Virus record (IMG/VR): IMGVR_UViG_3300029288_000055
Coordinates: 160,001-224,000 of that record
From: a virus
Taxonomy: Duplodnaviria > Heunggongvirae > Uroviricota > Caudoviricetes
Reading direction: 5' to 3' (one strand)
Length of the DNA: 64,000 nt
In this document: positions 55,427 to 64,000 of the stretch, piece after piece
How the letters are laid out: every line of letters begins with the position of its first letter
Position numbering within the stretch: position 1 is the stretch's first letter
Notes under the pieces: generated by a model
Told to the model about the DNA's origin: nothing
The model's input: the letters and a program-made list of their open reading frames with translations, nothing else
Database searches by the model: none
Translations under genes and position numbers: made by a program

Positions 55427-55502
55427 GACTCCGTAGCTTAATTGGTGAAGCTGCACTCCCTTAAAGTGAGGATTATGGGTTCGAGTCCCATCGGGGTCAC
55501 CA
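55427..55502 (+). tRNA. tRNA-Lys(CUU), C33
   Basis: GACTCCG/CGGGGTC acceptor with ACCA; CACT-cccttaa-AGTG. Confidence 0.82.
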
Positions 55503-55513
55503 AATTTTTTATT

Positions 55514-55750
55514 ATGGAAACAATTAAAACAATTGTAAACGGAACACAAGCAACTTTAAGCCACGTATGTAATGGCAAAGCATGCTATAAAATTATGACT
55601 GCAGATCACATATATCAACTTGAAATCAATTTGATGGATTCTGAATGGAAGGATGTATACGTATATCCTGAATACAAGACGATTACCTTAATGCGTTGGA
55701 TACGCAAGGGCATCGAGAATGATGACGGTTCATTCATTATGATGAAATAA
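55514..55750 (+). CDS. Hypothetical 78-aa protein inside the Lys/Tyr tRNA operon
   Basis: ATG 55514 (the track start overlaps a tRNA). Confidence 0.65.
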   Translation: METIKTIVNGTQATLSHVCNGKACYKIMTADHIYQLEINLMDSEWKDVYVYPEYKTITLMRWIRKGIENDDGSFIMMK

Positions 55751-55756
55751 TATGCT

Positions 55757-55838
55757 GGGTAGGATGGTAAGTGGGCGAAATCAATGGTCTGTAAAACCCC
55801 CGCCTTTGGCTATGCAGGTTCGAATCCTGCCCTACCCA
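55757..55838 (+). tRNA. tRNA-Tyr(GUA)
   Basis: GGGTAGG/CCTACCC acceptor; loop ctgtaaa; weak anticodon stem; variable arm. Confidence 0.75.
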
Positions 55839-55986
55839 CACTAATCTTACAAAATTTATTTTTTGTAAGATTTTTTATTTCAGTCACTTATAATTTTTAT
55901 TTAGTCTAAATAAAAATAACTCTTGCATTTTTAATTAAAAGTATTTATATTTACAAAAATAATTTTATGCTTAAGTATTATGAAAA

Positions 55987-56856
55987 ATGGCTAAAAACAA
56001 AAAGAAAGTAACTACAACCGTAGTTACAACCGTTGTTACGGAAACAATAATTCCTACCAACGAGAAAACACACATTATTTGTATTCTTGATCGCAGTGGT
56101 TCAATGGCAGGTATTATGACCCCTTCTATTAGTGGATTCAACGAATTCCTTGGAAAACAAAAAGCACTTCCAGATAAAGCAACTATTACAGTTGTATTAT
56201 TTGATGATCAATATGAAATACTTTATAATAATGTTGATATTAAACAAGCTGAGTTGCTTACTGAGAAAGTTTGGTTTGCAAGAGGTATGACAGCATTGTA
56301 TGATGCAATTGGTAAAACAATTAACACTGAGAGAGCAAATCTTAATCGTCTTGGTGCTGAAAAACCTTCAAAAGTATTGGTTTGCATAGTAACTGATGGG
56401 TTAGAAAATGCAAGTGAAGAATATAAAAAAGAAGAAGGTAGAAAAAGAATTATTTCTCTTATTAGAGAATGTGAAAAAGAGGACTGGAATTTCTTGTATC
56501 TTGCAGCAAATCAAGATGCATTCGCAGTTGGTACAGGATTCGGCATAAGCGGTGGTAATACTATCACATATAGTGCTACACTACAAGGTGTTTCACATAT
56601 GTCACAAACATTGAATTGTGTTTCAACTTCATATAGGGGTATGAGTGCAAATAGTGGTGATTTTCAAAAAAAATCAAAATCTTTGATTGATGATAACGAA
56701 CCTGAAGAAGATAAAAAAGATGAACCACAAAACCTAACAGGTAATATTATTACAAATGGTGTTAGTGGAAATTTCACTCTTGGCGGTGGTAATAGCGGTG
56801 GTAATACTATTACTTCTTCCAACACAGCAGTTATTGATTCAAAAGACGTAAAATAA
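55987..56856 (+). CDS. von Willebrand factor A domain protein
   Basis: MIDAS DRSGSM, G.TALYDAIG, IVTDGLENAS. Confidence 0.88.
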   Translation: MAKNKKKVTTTVVTTVVTETIIPTNEKTHIICILDRSGSMAGIMTPSISGFNEFLGKQKALPDKATITVVLFDDQYEILYNNVDIKQAELLTEKVWFARGMTALYDAIGKTINTERANLNRLGAEKPSKVLVCIVTDGLENASEEYKKEEGRKRIISLIRECEKEDWNFLYLAANQDAFAVGTGFGISGGNTITYSATLQGVSHMSQTLNCVSTSYRGMSANSGDFQKKSKSLIDDNEPEEDKKDEPQNLTGNIITNGVSGNFTLGGGNSGGNTITSSNTAVIDSKDVK

Positions 56857-56888
56857 TTTTCTGTTTTTATATTAAATCCGCTTTTTTG

Positions 56889-56914
56889 AGGGGTACTTTT
56901 TAGTACCCTTTTTT
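56889..56914 (+). terminator. Intrinsic terminator
   Basis: GGGTACT-tttt-AGTACCC followed by a T-tract. Confidence 0.75.
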
Positions 56915-57045
56915 ATTTAAAAGTGTATGCCTGAATTGATTAAAATTTATTTGAATATTATTGACGATATTTGAATAAAACCTTGTATTTATGAATGCTT
57001 ATCAATATATTTGTAACCCATAATTTATAAAAAATTATTATTCTT

Positions 57046-59598
57046 ATGACAGATAAAAATCTTAAAAGTTTTCCCAAACAAGAAGTCGAAAAATCAACAT
57101 TACAATATTTTAAAGGCGATGAATTAGCAGCACATGTTTGGATGAAAAAATATTGCTTAAAAGACGAAAAAAATTATTACGAACTCAACCCAGACGATAT
57201 GCATCATCGTATTGCAAAAGAAATTGCAAGAATAGAAGCAAAATATCCCAATCCAATCCCCGAAGAAGAAGTTTACAATACAATAAAAAATTTTGAACGA
57301 ATCATACCACAAGGTTCACCAATGTCAGGTATTGGCAATAATCTTCAGGTAGTTTCTCTTAGTAATTGTTTTGTTGTTGGTAATGACGGCAATGGTGATA
57401 GTTATGGCGGGATTATTAAAATCGATCAAGAAATAGCACAATTAGAAAAAAGACGTGGTGGCGTAGGTACTGATATGTCATTCGTTAGACCTTTTGGTAG
57501 TCCTGTAAAGAATAGTGCAATTACCAGTACTGGCGTTGTGCCTTTCATGGAAAGATATTCAAATACTACAAAAGAAGTGGCACAAGATGGTCGCAGGGGT
57601 GCATTAATGCTTAGTATTTCAATTAAACATCCAGATTCAGAAAGATTTATTGATGCGAAATTTGAACAGGGTAAAGTTACTGGTGCAAACGTATCAGTAA
57701 AAATTGATGATGATTTTATGAATTCTGCAATACAGGGAACTACATATTTTCAACAATATCCAATTATTGGTACACCAAAAATGAGCAAAGATATTGATGC
57801 ACAAAAACTTTGGAAAAAAATTATATTTAATGCTTGGCGTTCAGCCGAACCCGGTGTGCTGTTCTGGGATGCTATCATGCGTGAGAGTGTGCCCGATTGT
57901 TATGCAGACTTAGGATTTAAAACCTTATCAACAAATCCTTGTGGTGAAATACCTTTATGCCCCGATGATAGTTGTCGATTACTTTCACTTAATTTATTTG
58001 GTTATGTGAAATATCCATTTACAATAAATGCATATTTTGATTGGGAATTGTTCAAGAAAGATGTACAGATTGCTATGCGTTATATGGATGATATTGTCGA
58101 TCTTGAAATAGAAAAAATTGATGCAATACTTGTTAAAATATATTCAGACCCAGAAGATGAATTTCTCAAACTATATGAAATAAAACTTTGGGAAAGAATT
58201 AAAGATAAAACAATTAGAGGTCGTAGAACTGGATTGGGAGTAACTGCAGAAGGTGACATGCTTGCAGCAATTGGACTTCGTTATGGTACAGATGAAGCCA
58301 CCAATTTTAGTGAAAAAGTTCATAACACACTTAAATTAAATGCTTATCGTTCAAGTGTTATAATGGCACAAGAACGTGGAGCATTTCCGATATATGACGC
58401 TGAAAGAGAAATAAATAATCCTTTCATTACAAGAATATTGAAAGAGGATGAAGTATTATATGCCGAAATGGTTACTTATGGTCGTAGAAATATTGCTTTA
58501 TTGACCATAGCACCAACAGGTACTGCCAGTTTAATGACACAAACTACTTCAGGTATTGAACCTTGTTTTTCACCTGTATATAAAAGACGTAGAAAAATTA
58601 ATCCACAAGAAAAAGATGTAAGAATTGATTTTGTGGATGACGAAGGTATTGCTTGGCAAGAGTATCCAGTATTTCATCATAAATTTGAAATGTGGCTTGA
58701 AATAAATGGATATGACGCAAATGTTGTCAAAAGTATGAGTGATGAACAACGCAATGAAATCGTTAAGAAATCTCCATATTATAAAGCAACTTCTGAAGAC
58801 GTTGATTGGGTAAAAAAAGTTGAAATGCAAGGTCGTATACAGAAACAAGTAGATCATAGTATATCAGTAACCGTTAATCTGCCAAAAGATATTACAGAAG
58901 AAATGGTTGCAAAAGTATATGAAACTGGCTGGAAAAGTGGTTGTAAAGGCATTACTGTTTATCGTGATGGCTCACGTAGTGGAGTTCTGGTTGCGGATGA
59001 CTCAAAAAAAGATGCAGAATTTCATGAAAATCATGCACCGAAACGTCCAAAAAGACTTAAAGGTGAAATTCATAGATTTCAAAATAATTTAGAAAAATGG
59101 ATTGCTGTTGTAGGCATGAAAGACGGCAGACCATATGAAATCTTTACTGGTAAACTTGAAAATGGATTAAGTAAATTACCACCACATGTAAAAGAATGTG
59201 AAGTAGTTAAAAATCTTATTGACGGTCTTGATGCAGAAGGTAAACCCACCAAAATCAAGAGGTATGATATTGAATATATTGATATTGATGGAGTAAAACA
59301 AATTCATACTGGATTGAATCATGCATTTAATCCTGAATTTTGGAATTATGCTAAATTGATCTCAGGTATTATGAGACATGGAATGCCAATTGTTAAACTT
59401 TATGAATTAATTGATTCATTAAACTTTAAAGAAGATTATATCAACACTTGGAAGAATGGTGTTGCACGTGTGATCAAAAGATATGTTAAAGACGGAGAAA
59501 AGGGCAAAGGCAAGTGTCCTGAATGCGGTAGTGATCATCTTGAATTCAAAGAAGGTTGTTTAACATGCATGGCTTGTGGAAATAGTAAATGTGGATAA
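57046..59598 (+). CDS. nrdJ: Class II (adenosylcobalamin-dependent) ribonucleotide reductase
   Basis: SLSNCFV, RRGGVG, GRRGALM, TNPCGEIPL, IAPTGT, KGITVYRDGSR, C-terminal Zn-ribbon CPECG...C..CG.SKC. Confidence 0.93.
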   Translation: MTDKNLKSFPKQEVEKSTLQYFKGDELAAHVWMKKYCLKDEKNYYELNPDDMHHRIAKEIARIEAKYPNPIPEEEVYNTIKNFERIIPQGSPMSGIGNNLQVVSLSNCFVVGNDGNGDSYGGIIKIDQEIAQLEKRRGGVGTDMSFVRPFGSPVKNSAITSTGVVPFMERYSNTTKEVAQDGRRGALMLSISIKHPDSERFIDAKFEQGKVTGANVSVKIDDDFMNSAIQGTTYFQQYPIIGTPKMSKDIDAQKLWKKIIFNAWRSAEPGVLFWDAIMRESVPDCYADLGFKTLSTNPCGEIPLCPDDSCRLLSLNLFGYVKYPFTINAYFDWELFKKDVQIAMRYMDDIVDLEIEKIDAILVKIYSDPEDEFLKLYEIKLWERIKDKTIRGRRTGLGVTAEGDMLAAIGLRYGTDEATNFSEKVHNTLKLNAYRSSVIMAQERGAFPIYDAEREINNPFITRILKEDEVLYAEMVTYGRRNIALLTIAPTGTASLMTQTTSGIEPCFSPVYKRRRKINPQEKDVRIDFVDDEGIAWQEYPVFHHKFEMWLEINGYDANVVKSMSDEQRNEIVKKSPYYKATSEDVDWVKKVEMQGRIQKQVDHSISVTVNLPKDITEEMVAKVYETGWKSGCKGITVYRDGSRSGVLVADDSKKDAEFHENHAPKRPKRLKGEIHRFQNNLEKWIAVVGMKDGRPYEIFTGKLENGLSKLPPHVKECEVVKNLIDGLDAEGKPTKIKRYDIEYIDIDGVKQIHTGLNHAFNPEFWNYAKLISGIMRHGMPIVKLYELIDSLNFKEDYINTWKNGVARVIKRYVKDGEKGKGKCPECGSDHLEFKEGCLTCMACGNSKCG

Positions 59599-59600
59599 TT

Positions 59601-59783
59601 ATGCCAAAGACAAAACTTAGTGACATATTAAAACATGGGAAAAATTTTAAAGTAAAAATATTAAACCCTGATGACCCCGAAGTAATTGAAATGTTTCGCA
59701 AAGTAAAAGAAGAACAAGAAAAATGCTTGGCGAGAAAGAAAATTGATTGGGAAAAAATGCGTAATACTGTGATTAATATTTAA
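59601..59783 (+). CDS. Hypothetical protein
   Basis: ORF track; start moved to MPKTK. Confidence 0.55.
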   Translation: MPKTKLSDILKHGKNFKVKILNPDDPEVIEMFRKVKEEQEKCLARKKIDWEKMRNTVINI

Positions 59784-59857
59784 TTTGTGAGTATTTATAC
59801 GAAAGTTCTTTGAAATTATAAAATATTGTAATATATTTGCTTCTTAATATCATTTCT

Positions 59858-60073
59858 ATGATCATACTGGAAAGTAAACTTGTTAGAAAAGATTCACCTG
59901 CACATAGTGAATATCAAAACTATGGGTATGTTGACGGATACTTTCTAACCATTCATGATTTGGCTGCTCTGGTCAGAGATTTTCAAGTCGATTGTTTTGA
60001 TGGATTTGTCAGCAATGATCATTCTTACATTGAAGAATGGTTAAAGAAGCATAACCAAATTGTAAAAAAATAA
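59858..60073 (+). CDS. Hypothetical protein
   Basis: ORF track; start moved to MIILES. Confidence 0.55.
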   Translation: MIILESKLVRKDSPAHSEYQNYGYVDGYFLTIHDLAALVRDFQVDCFDGFVSNDHSYIEEWLKKHNQIVKK

Positions 60074-60094
60074 CTGTAATATAAATTAAATTGT

Positions 60095-62335
60095 ATGAAA
60101 AAAAATGTAAAATTCGATGAAAACTATTATCTCATTTCTCAAGAAGCTAATAGTACCGTAACTGTAGAAGTTGCAAAAAAAACAAACCACATTTTCGTGG
60201 TAGACGTATCTGGCTCAATGTCATGGGAACTCCCAAAAATTAGAACACAATTGAAAAATAAACTCTCCAATATTATGAAGGAAGGTGATACTATTACTAT
60301 TGTGTGGTTCTCAGGCAGCAGGGATGCTGGAATCCTCAAAGAAGAAGTTGAAGTAAAATCACTTAAAACTTTATCCGACCTACATGATGCAATTGACAAA
60401 TGGCTTCGTCCAGTTGGCTTAACTGCATTCTTAAAACCACTTGAACTCGTTAAAGAAGTTATTGGTAGAATCAGAAAGAACAGACCTGACAGTGTGTTCT
60501 CAATGATATTTCTTACTGATGGTTGCAACAATGATTGTTCTTGGAATGATGTAATTAAAACGCTCAAAGGACTTGAAACTGAGATTGCTTCTTCAACATT
60601 TGTTGAATACGGTTATTATGCCGATTCACGTGCATTAACCCAAATGGCAAGTGTTCTTGGTGGAGAAAAAATCAGTTGTGATGGTTTCGATGATTTCGAA
60701 CCAATGTTTGATGCTAAAATTTCTTCAAGCGTTTATGGTGGTAAAAAAGTCGTTGTTAATATTACCGACAAATACCTTTATGATTTCGCATTCAGTGTTG
60801 GTAAAGACGGTAGTGTATTGCTTTACAACATTCAGGATGGTAAGATCATGGTTGGTAGTGATGTTAAAGAAGTTTATTTCTTCAGTCCCAATGGAGTTGG
60901 TGGTGGAACAATCATTGATGGTGCACTTTACGCAGCAATATATGTTCTTTCAGATAAACTCATGAATGACGATGCGGAAAAAGTCTTTTATGCACTTGGC
61001 GATAATCATTATTATAGGATGTTAGCTAATGCATTTGGAAAGCAGAAACTCAATGCATTTAAAGCAGCTATCAAAGAATGTGTTGCTGATGTATCAAAAA
61101 GATTTCCTGACGGTGGAAGAGCAGCAATTCAAAAAGTTCCCGATGATGCATATTGCTTAATGAATCTTATTGAAGACTTGGGTAATCTGGAAGGTTGTTT
61201 ATTCTATAAAGGACATTCAGATTTCAATTATAATCTTATTGGCAGAAAACGTGTTGCAAGGGGTGAAAATTTATCAGAAGCTGATAAAAAAAGATTATCT
61301 GAAGCTAAGAATGTTGAAGAAATTAGTAAGATCACCGAAGAACTTAAACAAAAGAATGTTGAAATTAGTTTTGTAGATTCTGACCCAAACAGGGGTTATC
61401 CGCTTACTGACTTAGTATGGAATGAAAAACGTGCAAACCTTTCTATTCGTATTTACATTGAAGGTGAAGCAATTACACCTAAAAACAAATTCAGTATTGA
61501 AAAAGTTGCTTCTTTCAGGTACAAAACATACACTCTTATCAAAGACGGTATCGTAAATATTAAAAAACTTCCAGTAAGTTTTTCGCCAGAATTAGATCAA
61601 TTATTGGTGAAATATAATGTTAGTCACACCATAGATGTGGTTAACAAAGTGGTTGTTATTGATCTTACCAGTTTGCCACTTATTAACAGGGGTATGGTAA
61701 AAAGTATTTCAGCTAAAGGTCTTGCAATTCAAGAGTGGGAACTTCAGAAACTTCAGGCAGACAAAAAGGTTTACGATTATTTCAGAAAATCATTGTTTCC
61801 AAAAGAAAGTAAGTCTTTTGTTGAACTGCTTGGTCAGGAAGCTGCAGATTGGCTTAAAACAATCGGAATTACTGACTACAATGGTTTTACACCATTGACA
61901 GATGCTGAAGAATCAACTGACTTTTACTTGTCAGTCAATCTTGAAACTAAAATTAAAGGTTTCTCTTCATTACCAAAGGTTGAAGATGTTATCGCTAAAC
62001 TTAAAAGCGGTACTTCATTAAAACCAAGTGAAGCTATTATGTCTGATGCAGTTAAAAAATATCAAGCACAACTTGAATCTGAAATGTATCAATCATTAAA
62101 TGAAGAACAGCAGAAGGGTGTGTTGAAAACATATCTTATCACCAAGTCTGACATTCTGAACAAAAAGAGAAGAAAAGCATTACAGGAGATCGCACAGATC
62201 AAATTCTCGCTTATTCTTTCTAAGAAATGGTTTACTGAATTTAAAACATTTGATGAAAATAAACTAAGTCTTAAACTTGACGGTCAGGATTTAGAATTTA
62301 CTTTCGATTTAAGTGAAAAAGAAGAAAAAATCTAA
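60095..62335 (+). CDS. Large vWA-domain protein
   Basis: VVDVSGSMS MIDAS, GLTAF, FLTDG; long uncharacterised C-terminal region. Confidence 0.85.
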   Translation: MKKNVKFDENYYLISQEANSTVTVEVAKKTNHIFVVDVSGSMSWELPKIRTQLKNKLSNIMKEGDTITIVWFSGSRDAGILKEEVEVKSLKTLSDLHDAIDKWLRPVGLTAFLKPLELVKEVIGRIRKNRPDSVFSMIFLTDGCNNDCSWNDVIKTLKGLETEIASSTFVEYGYYADSRALTQMASVLGGEKISCDGFDDFEPMFDAKISSSVYGGKKVVVNITDKYLYDFAFSVGKDGSVLLYNIQDGKIMVGSDVKEVYFFSPNGVGGGTIIDGALYAAIYVLSDKLMNDDAEKVFYALGDNHYYRMLANAFGKQKLNAFKAAIKECVADVSKRFPDGGRAAIQKVPDDAYCLMNLIEDLGNLEGCLFYKGHSDFNYNLIGRKRVARGENLSEADKKRLSEAKNVEEISKITEELKQKNVEISFVDSDPNRGYPLTDLVWNEKRANLSIRIYIEGEAITPKNKFSIEKVASFRYKTYTLIKDGIVNIKKLPVSFSPELDQLLVKYNVSHTIDVVNKVVVIDLTSLPLINRGMVKSISAKGLAIQEWELQKLQADKKVYDYFRKSLFPKESKSFVELLGQEAADWLKTIGITDYNGFTPLTDAEESTDFYLSVNLETKIKGFSSLPKVEDVIAKLKSGTSLKPSEAIMSDAVKKYQAQLESEMYQSLNEEQQKGVLKTYLITKSDILNKKRRKALQEIAQIKFSLILSKKWFTEFKTFDENKLSLKLDGQDLEFTFDLSEKEEKI

Positions 62336-62356
62336 CTATTTTTGCAACTTAATATT

Positions 62357-62385
62357 AAAACCCATCAATTCAGATGGGTTTTTTT
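62357..62385 (+). terminator. Intrinsic terminator
   Basis: AAAACCCATC-aattca-GATGGGTTTT followed by a T-tract. Confidence 0.8.
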
Positions 62386-62420
62386 GTTATGAAAACTATT
62401 TATAAAAAATATATACTCAT

Positions 62421-64000
62421 ATGAGTTTATTATCCGAAAGTAAACGCTTTAATGATTTCACGCCAGAAGAGAAACGTCAAATATTTAATGTTTTCACACA
62501 ATCATATGTAAAGGCAACTGGTGTTTCATGGGATGAAAGAAAATTTTATAGCAGGGCGGGAGAATGGATATTTTTTGGCGACCCATTAGGATTTGTTACA
62601 GTCAGACCACAAAAAAGTGGGTTTTATAAGCTAACTGGTGTTGCTGGTAACCCAAAATCCATATTAAGGAGCTTACAAGAACTCAATAGTACCAATTACC
62701 CAATATGGGGCATGCTTACAAAAGAACTTGCAAACATTTTAGTTAAAAGATATGGCTTCAGAATGCCAAATAGACTTGAAGGATTTGTAATTGGTAAATT
62801 AATAACAAAGAATGTATTTGGAAATGTTGAATATACTCGTAATCCTGACGGTAGTTTAACATTTAAATATGGTGATGTCGGTGAAGCCACAAAAGTTTTC
62901 GTTGGCAATAGAGAATACTATAAAAAGATCAGACGTGATGCACTTAAAAGGGTATTTTCTCCAAAACAAGCAGTAAGCGAAGATGTTCTTACCGAAAAAA
63001 GAGCAATTGAACATTATTTTGAAGATAGTTTTAAGGCAGTATCAGAATATATAAGAAGATATGGTTATGAACACACATATGTTTCATTCAGACAAACAGC
63101 AAACACCACATTTATTAATCGTAGTAATAAATATAATACTCCGACAGGTTTTTATATGTATCCTTTGAAAAATTATCAAGAAAAAATTGCACAAAGTATT
63201 GACATGCAGAGTTTTATGAAAGCATTTCCATATACTCCTGAAAGTAAATTTGCTTTTCTTTTTACAATAACAAATACTGAAAATTTCTTATCTTCATTAA
63301 ATATTAATGTTGAAAAAATTCATAGATATGTAAAAAAAATTAAAGAATTATATGGCGAAAAAAAACCTGCAATCAAAACATTGTGTGATTTATATTTTAC
63401 TACCGAAGGTTTTACACCAAGAGGAGGAAGCGATTATCAATATAAAAATGAATTTCAAAAATTTTGGTTATTTTTATATGAAATTGCATTTGAATTAAGA
63501 GCAAACAACACAACATACAATTCTGACAGAAGTTCAAGTCATTATAAAGAATATCCTTCAACAATTACTATAATTGCAGACGATATTGGTCTTGAAGGAT
63601 TTATTGATGATGCATGCACATCAACCATACATTCTGGTGAACCATGTCAAGGGGTTTTACTTAGTAATTTAAGAAAAAGTATTGGTAATTTGAAAATAGT
63701 ACCAATATATCAAAAATATGATGCTCCATTAAATATTGATAATCCAAATGCGCCAACAGTTGACCCATCAGAATATAAAAACAAATATGAAAAATATTTG
63801 AAAGGTAAATTAAATGCTAAAGAAGTTTATATTGCCGATAATAATTATCAATTAGCAATAAAAAATCGTTTACCATTTATTGTTATTGCAAATAGTTATA
63901 CACCATATTATGTTGACAGGGATGGAAATAAAACTGTAAGAGGTCTTGATACAACAAAAATACTTTCTAATGACCCACATGAGGATACATATGATGATAC
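62421..64000 (+). CDS. Partial late multidomain protein (MSLLSESKRF...), apparently running off the window end
   Basis: Frame read manually from ATG 62421 for about 250 codons without a stop, and absent from the track of complete ORFs. CTATTTAT motif at 62396; LSE and VSEDVLTE sites. Confidence 0.7.
   Translation, partial: MSLLSESKRFNDFTPEEKRQIFNVFTQSYVKATGVSWDERKFYSRAGEWIFFGDPLGFVTVRPQKSGFYKLTGVAGNPKSILRSLQELNSTNYPIWGMLTKELANILVKRYGFRMPNRLEGFVIGKLITKNVFGNVEYTRNPDGSLTFKYGDVGEATKVFVGNREYYKKIRRDALKRVFSPKQAVSEDVLTEKRAIEHYFEDSFKAVSEYIRRYGYEHTYVSFRQTANTTFINRSNKYNTPTGFYMYPLKNYQEKIAQSIDMQSFMKAFPYTPESKFAFLFTITNTENFLSSLNINVEKIHRYVKKIKELYGEKKPAIKTLCDLYFTTEGFTPRGGSDYQYKNEFQKFWLFLYEIAFELRANNTTYNSDRSSSHYKEYPSTITIIADDIGLEGFIDDACTSTIHSGEPCQGVLLSNLRKSIGNLKIVPIYQKYDAPLNIDNPNAPTVDPSEYKNKYEKYLKGKLNAKEVYIADNNYQLAIKNRLPFIVIANSYTPYYVDRDGNKTVRGLDTTKILSNDPHEDTYDD

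Noticed and set aside
2602-59598. Introns or inteins in thyA, terminase, helicase or nrdJ
   Set aside because: All are continuous ORFs of plausible length, and I saw no intein terminal motifs.

Overview
This is an AT-rich (roughly 30% GC by eye), gene-dense segment of a large T4-like (jumbo myovirus-type) phage genome in the standard genetic code. The host is probably a Bacteroidota, judged from repeated TTTG-N18-20-TAnnTTTG host promoters. Virion genes include neck and tail-completion proteins, the major capsid protein, scaffold, prohead protease, portal, large terminase and a 1798-aa baseplate/tail protein ending in a GH25 muramidase. Nucleotide-metabolism genes include MazG-like proteins, dut, thyA and nrdJ. 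There are also a UvrD helicase, two methyltransferases, RNA-repair-type genes (Rnl1-like ligase, R2K-like ATP-grasp, cyclic-phosphate receiver-like), a tmRNA and about 30 tRNA genes. Main finding: each of three tRNA clusters is preceded by promoter -> short leader ORF -> antiterminator segment -> intrinsic terminator. Each leader peptide is enriched in the amino acids carried by the tRNAs downstream: PQPQQHPQ before Pro/His/Gln tRNAs, a D/E/V/L/A/W-rich leader before Asp/Glu/Val/Leu/Ala/Trp tRNAs, and YYYGKKSYKK before Lys/Tyr tRNAs. This looks like ribosome-mediated transcriptional attenuation of phage tRNA operons, i.e. a sensor that would resupply the tRNAs that have become limiting. All calls were made by eye; no database searches or folding programs were run.
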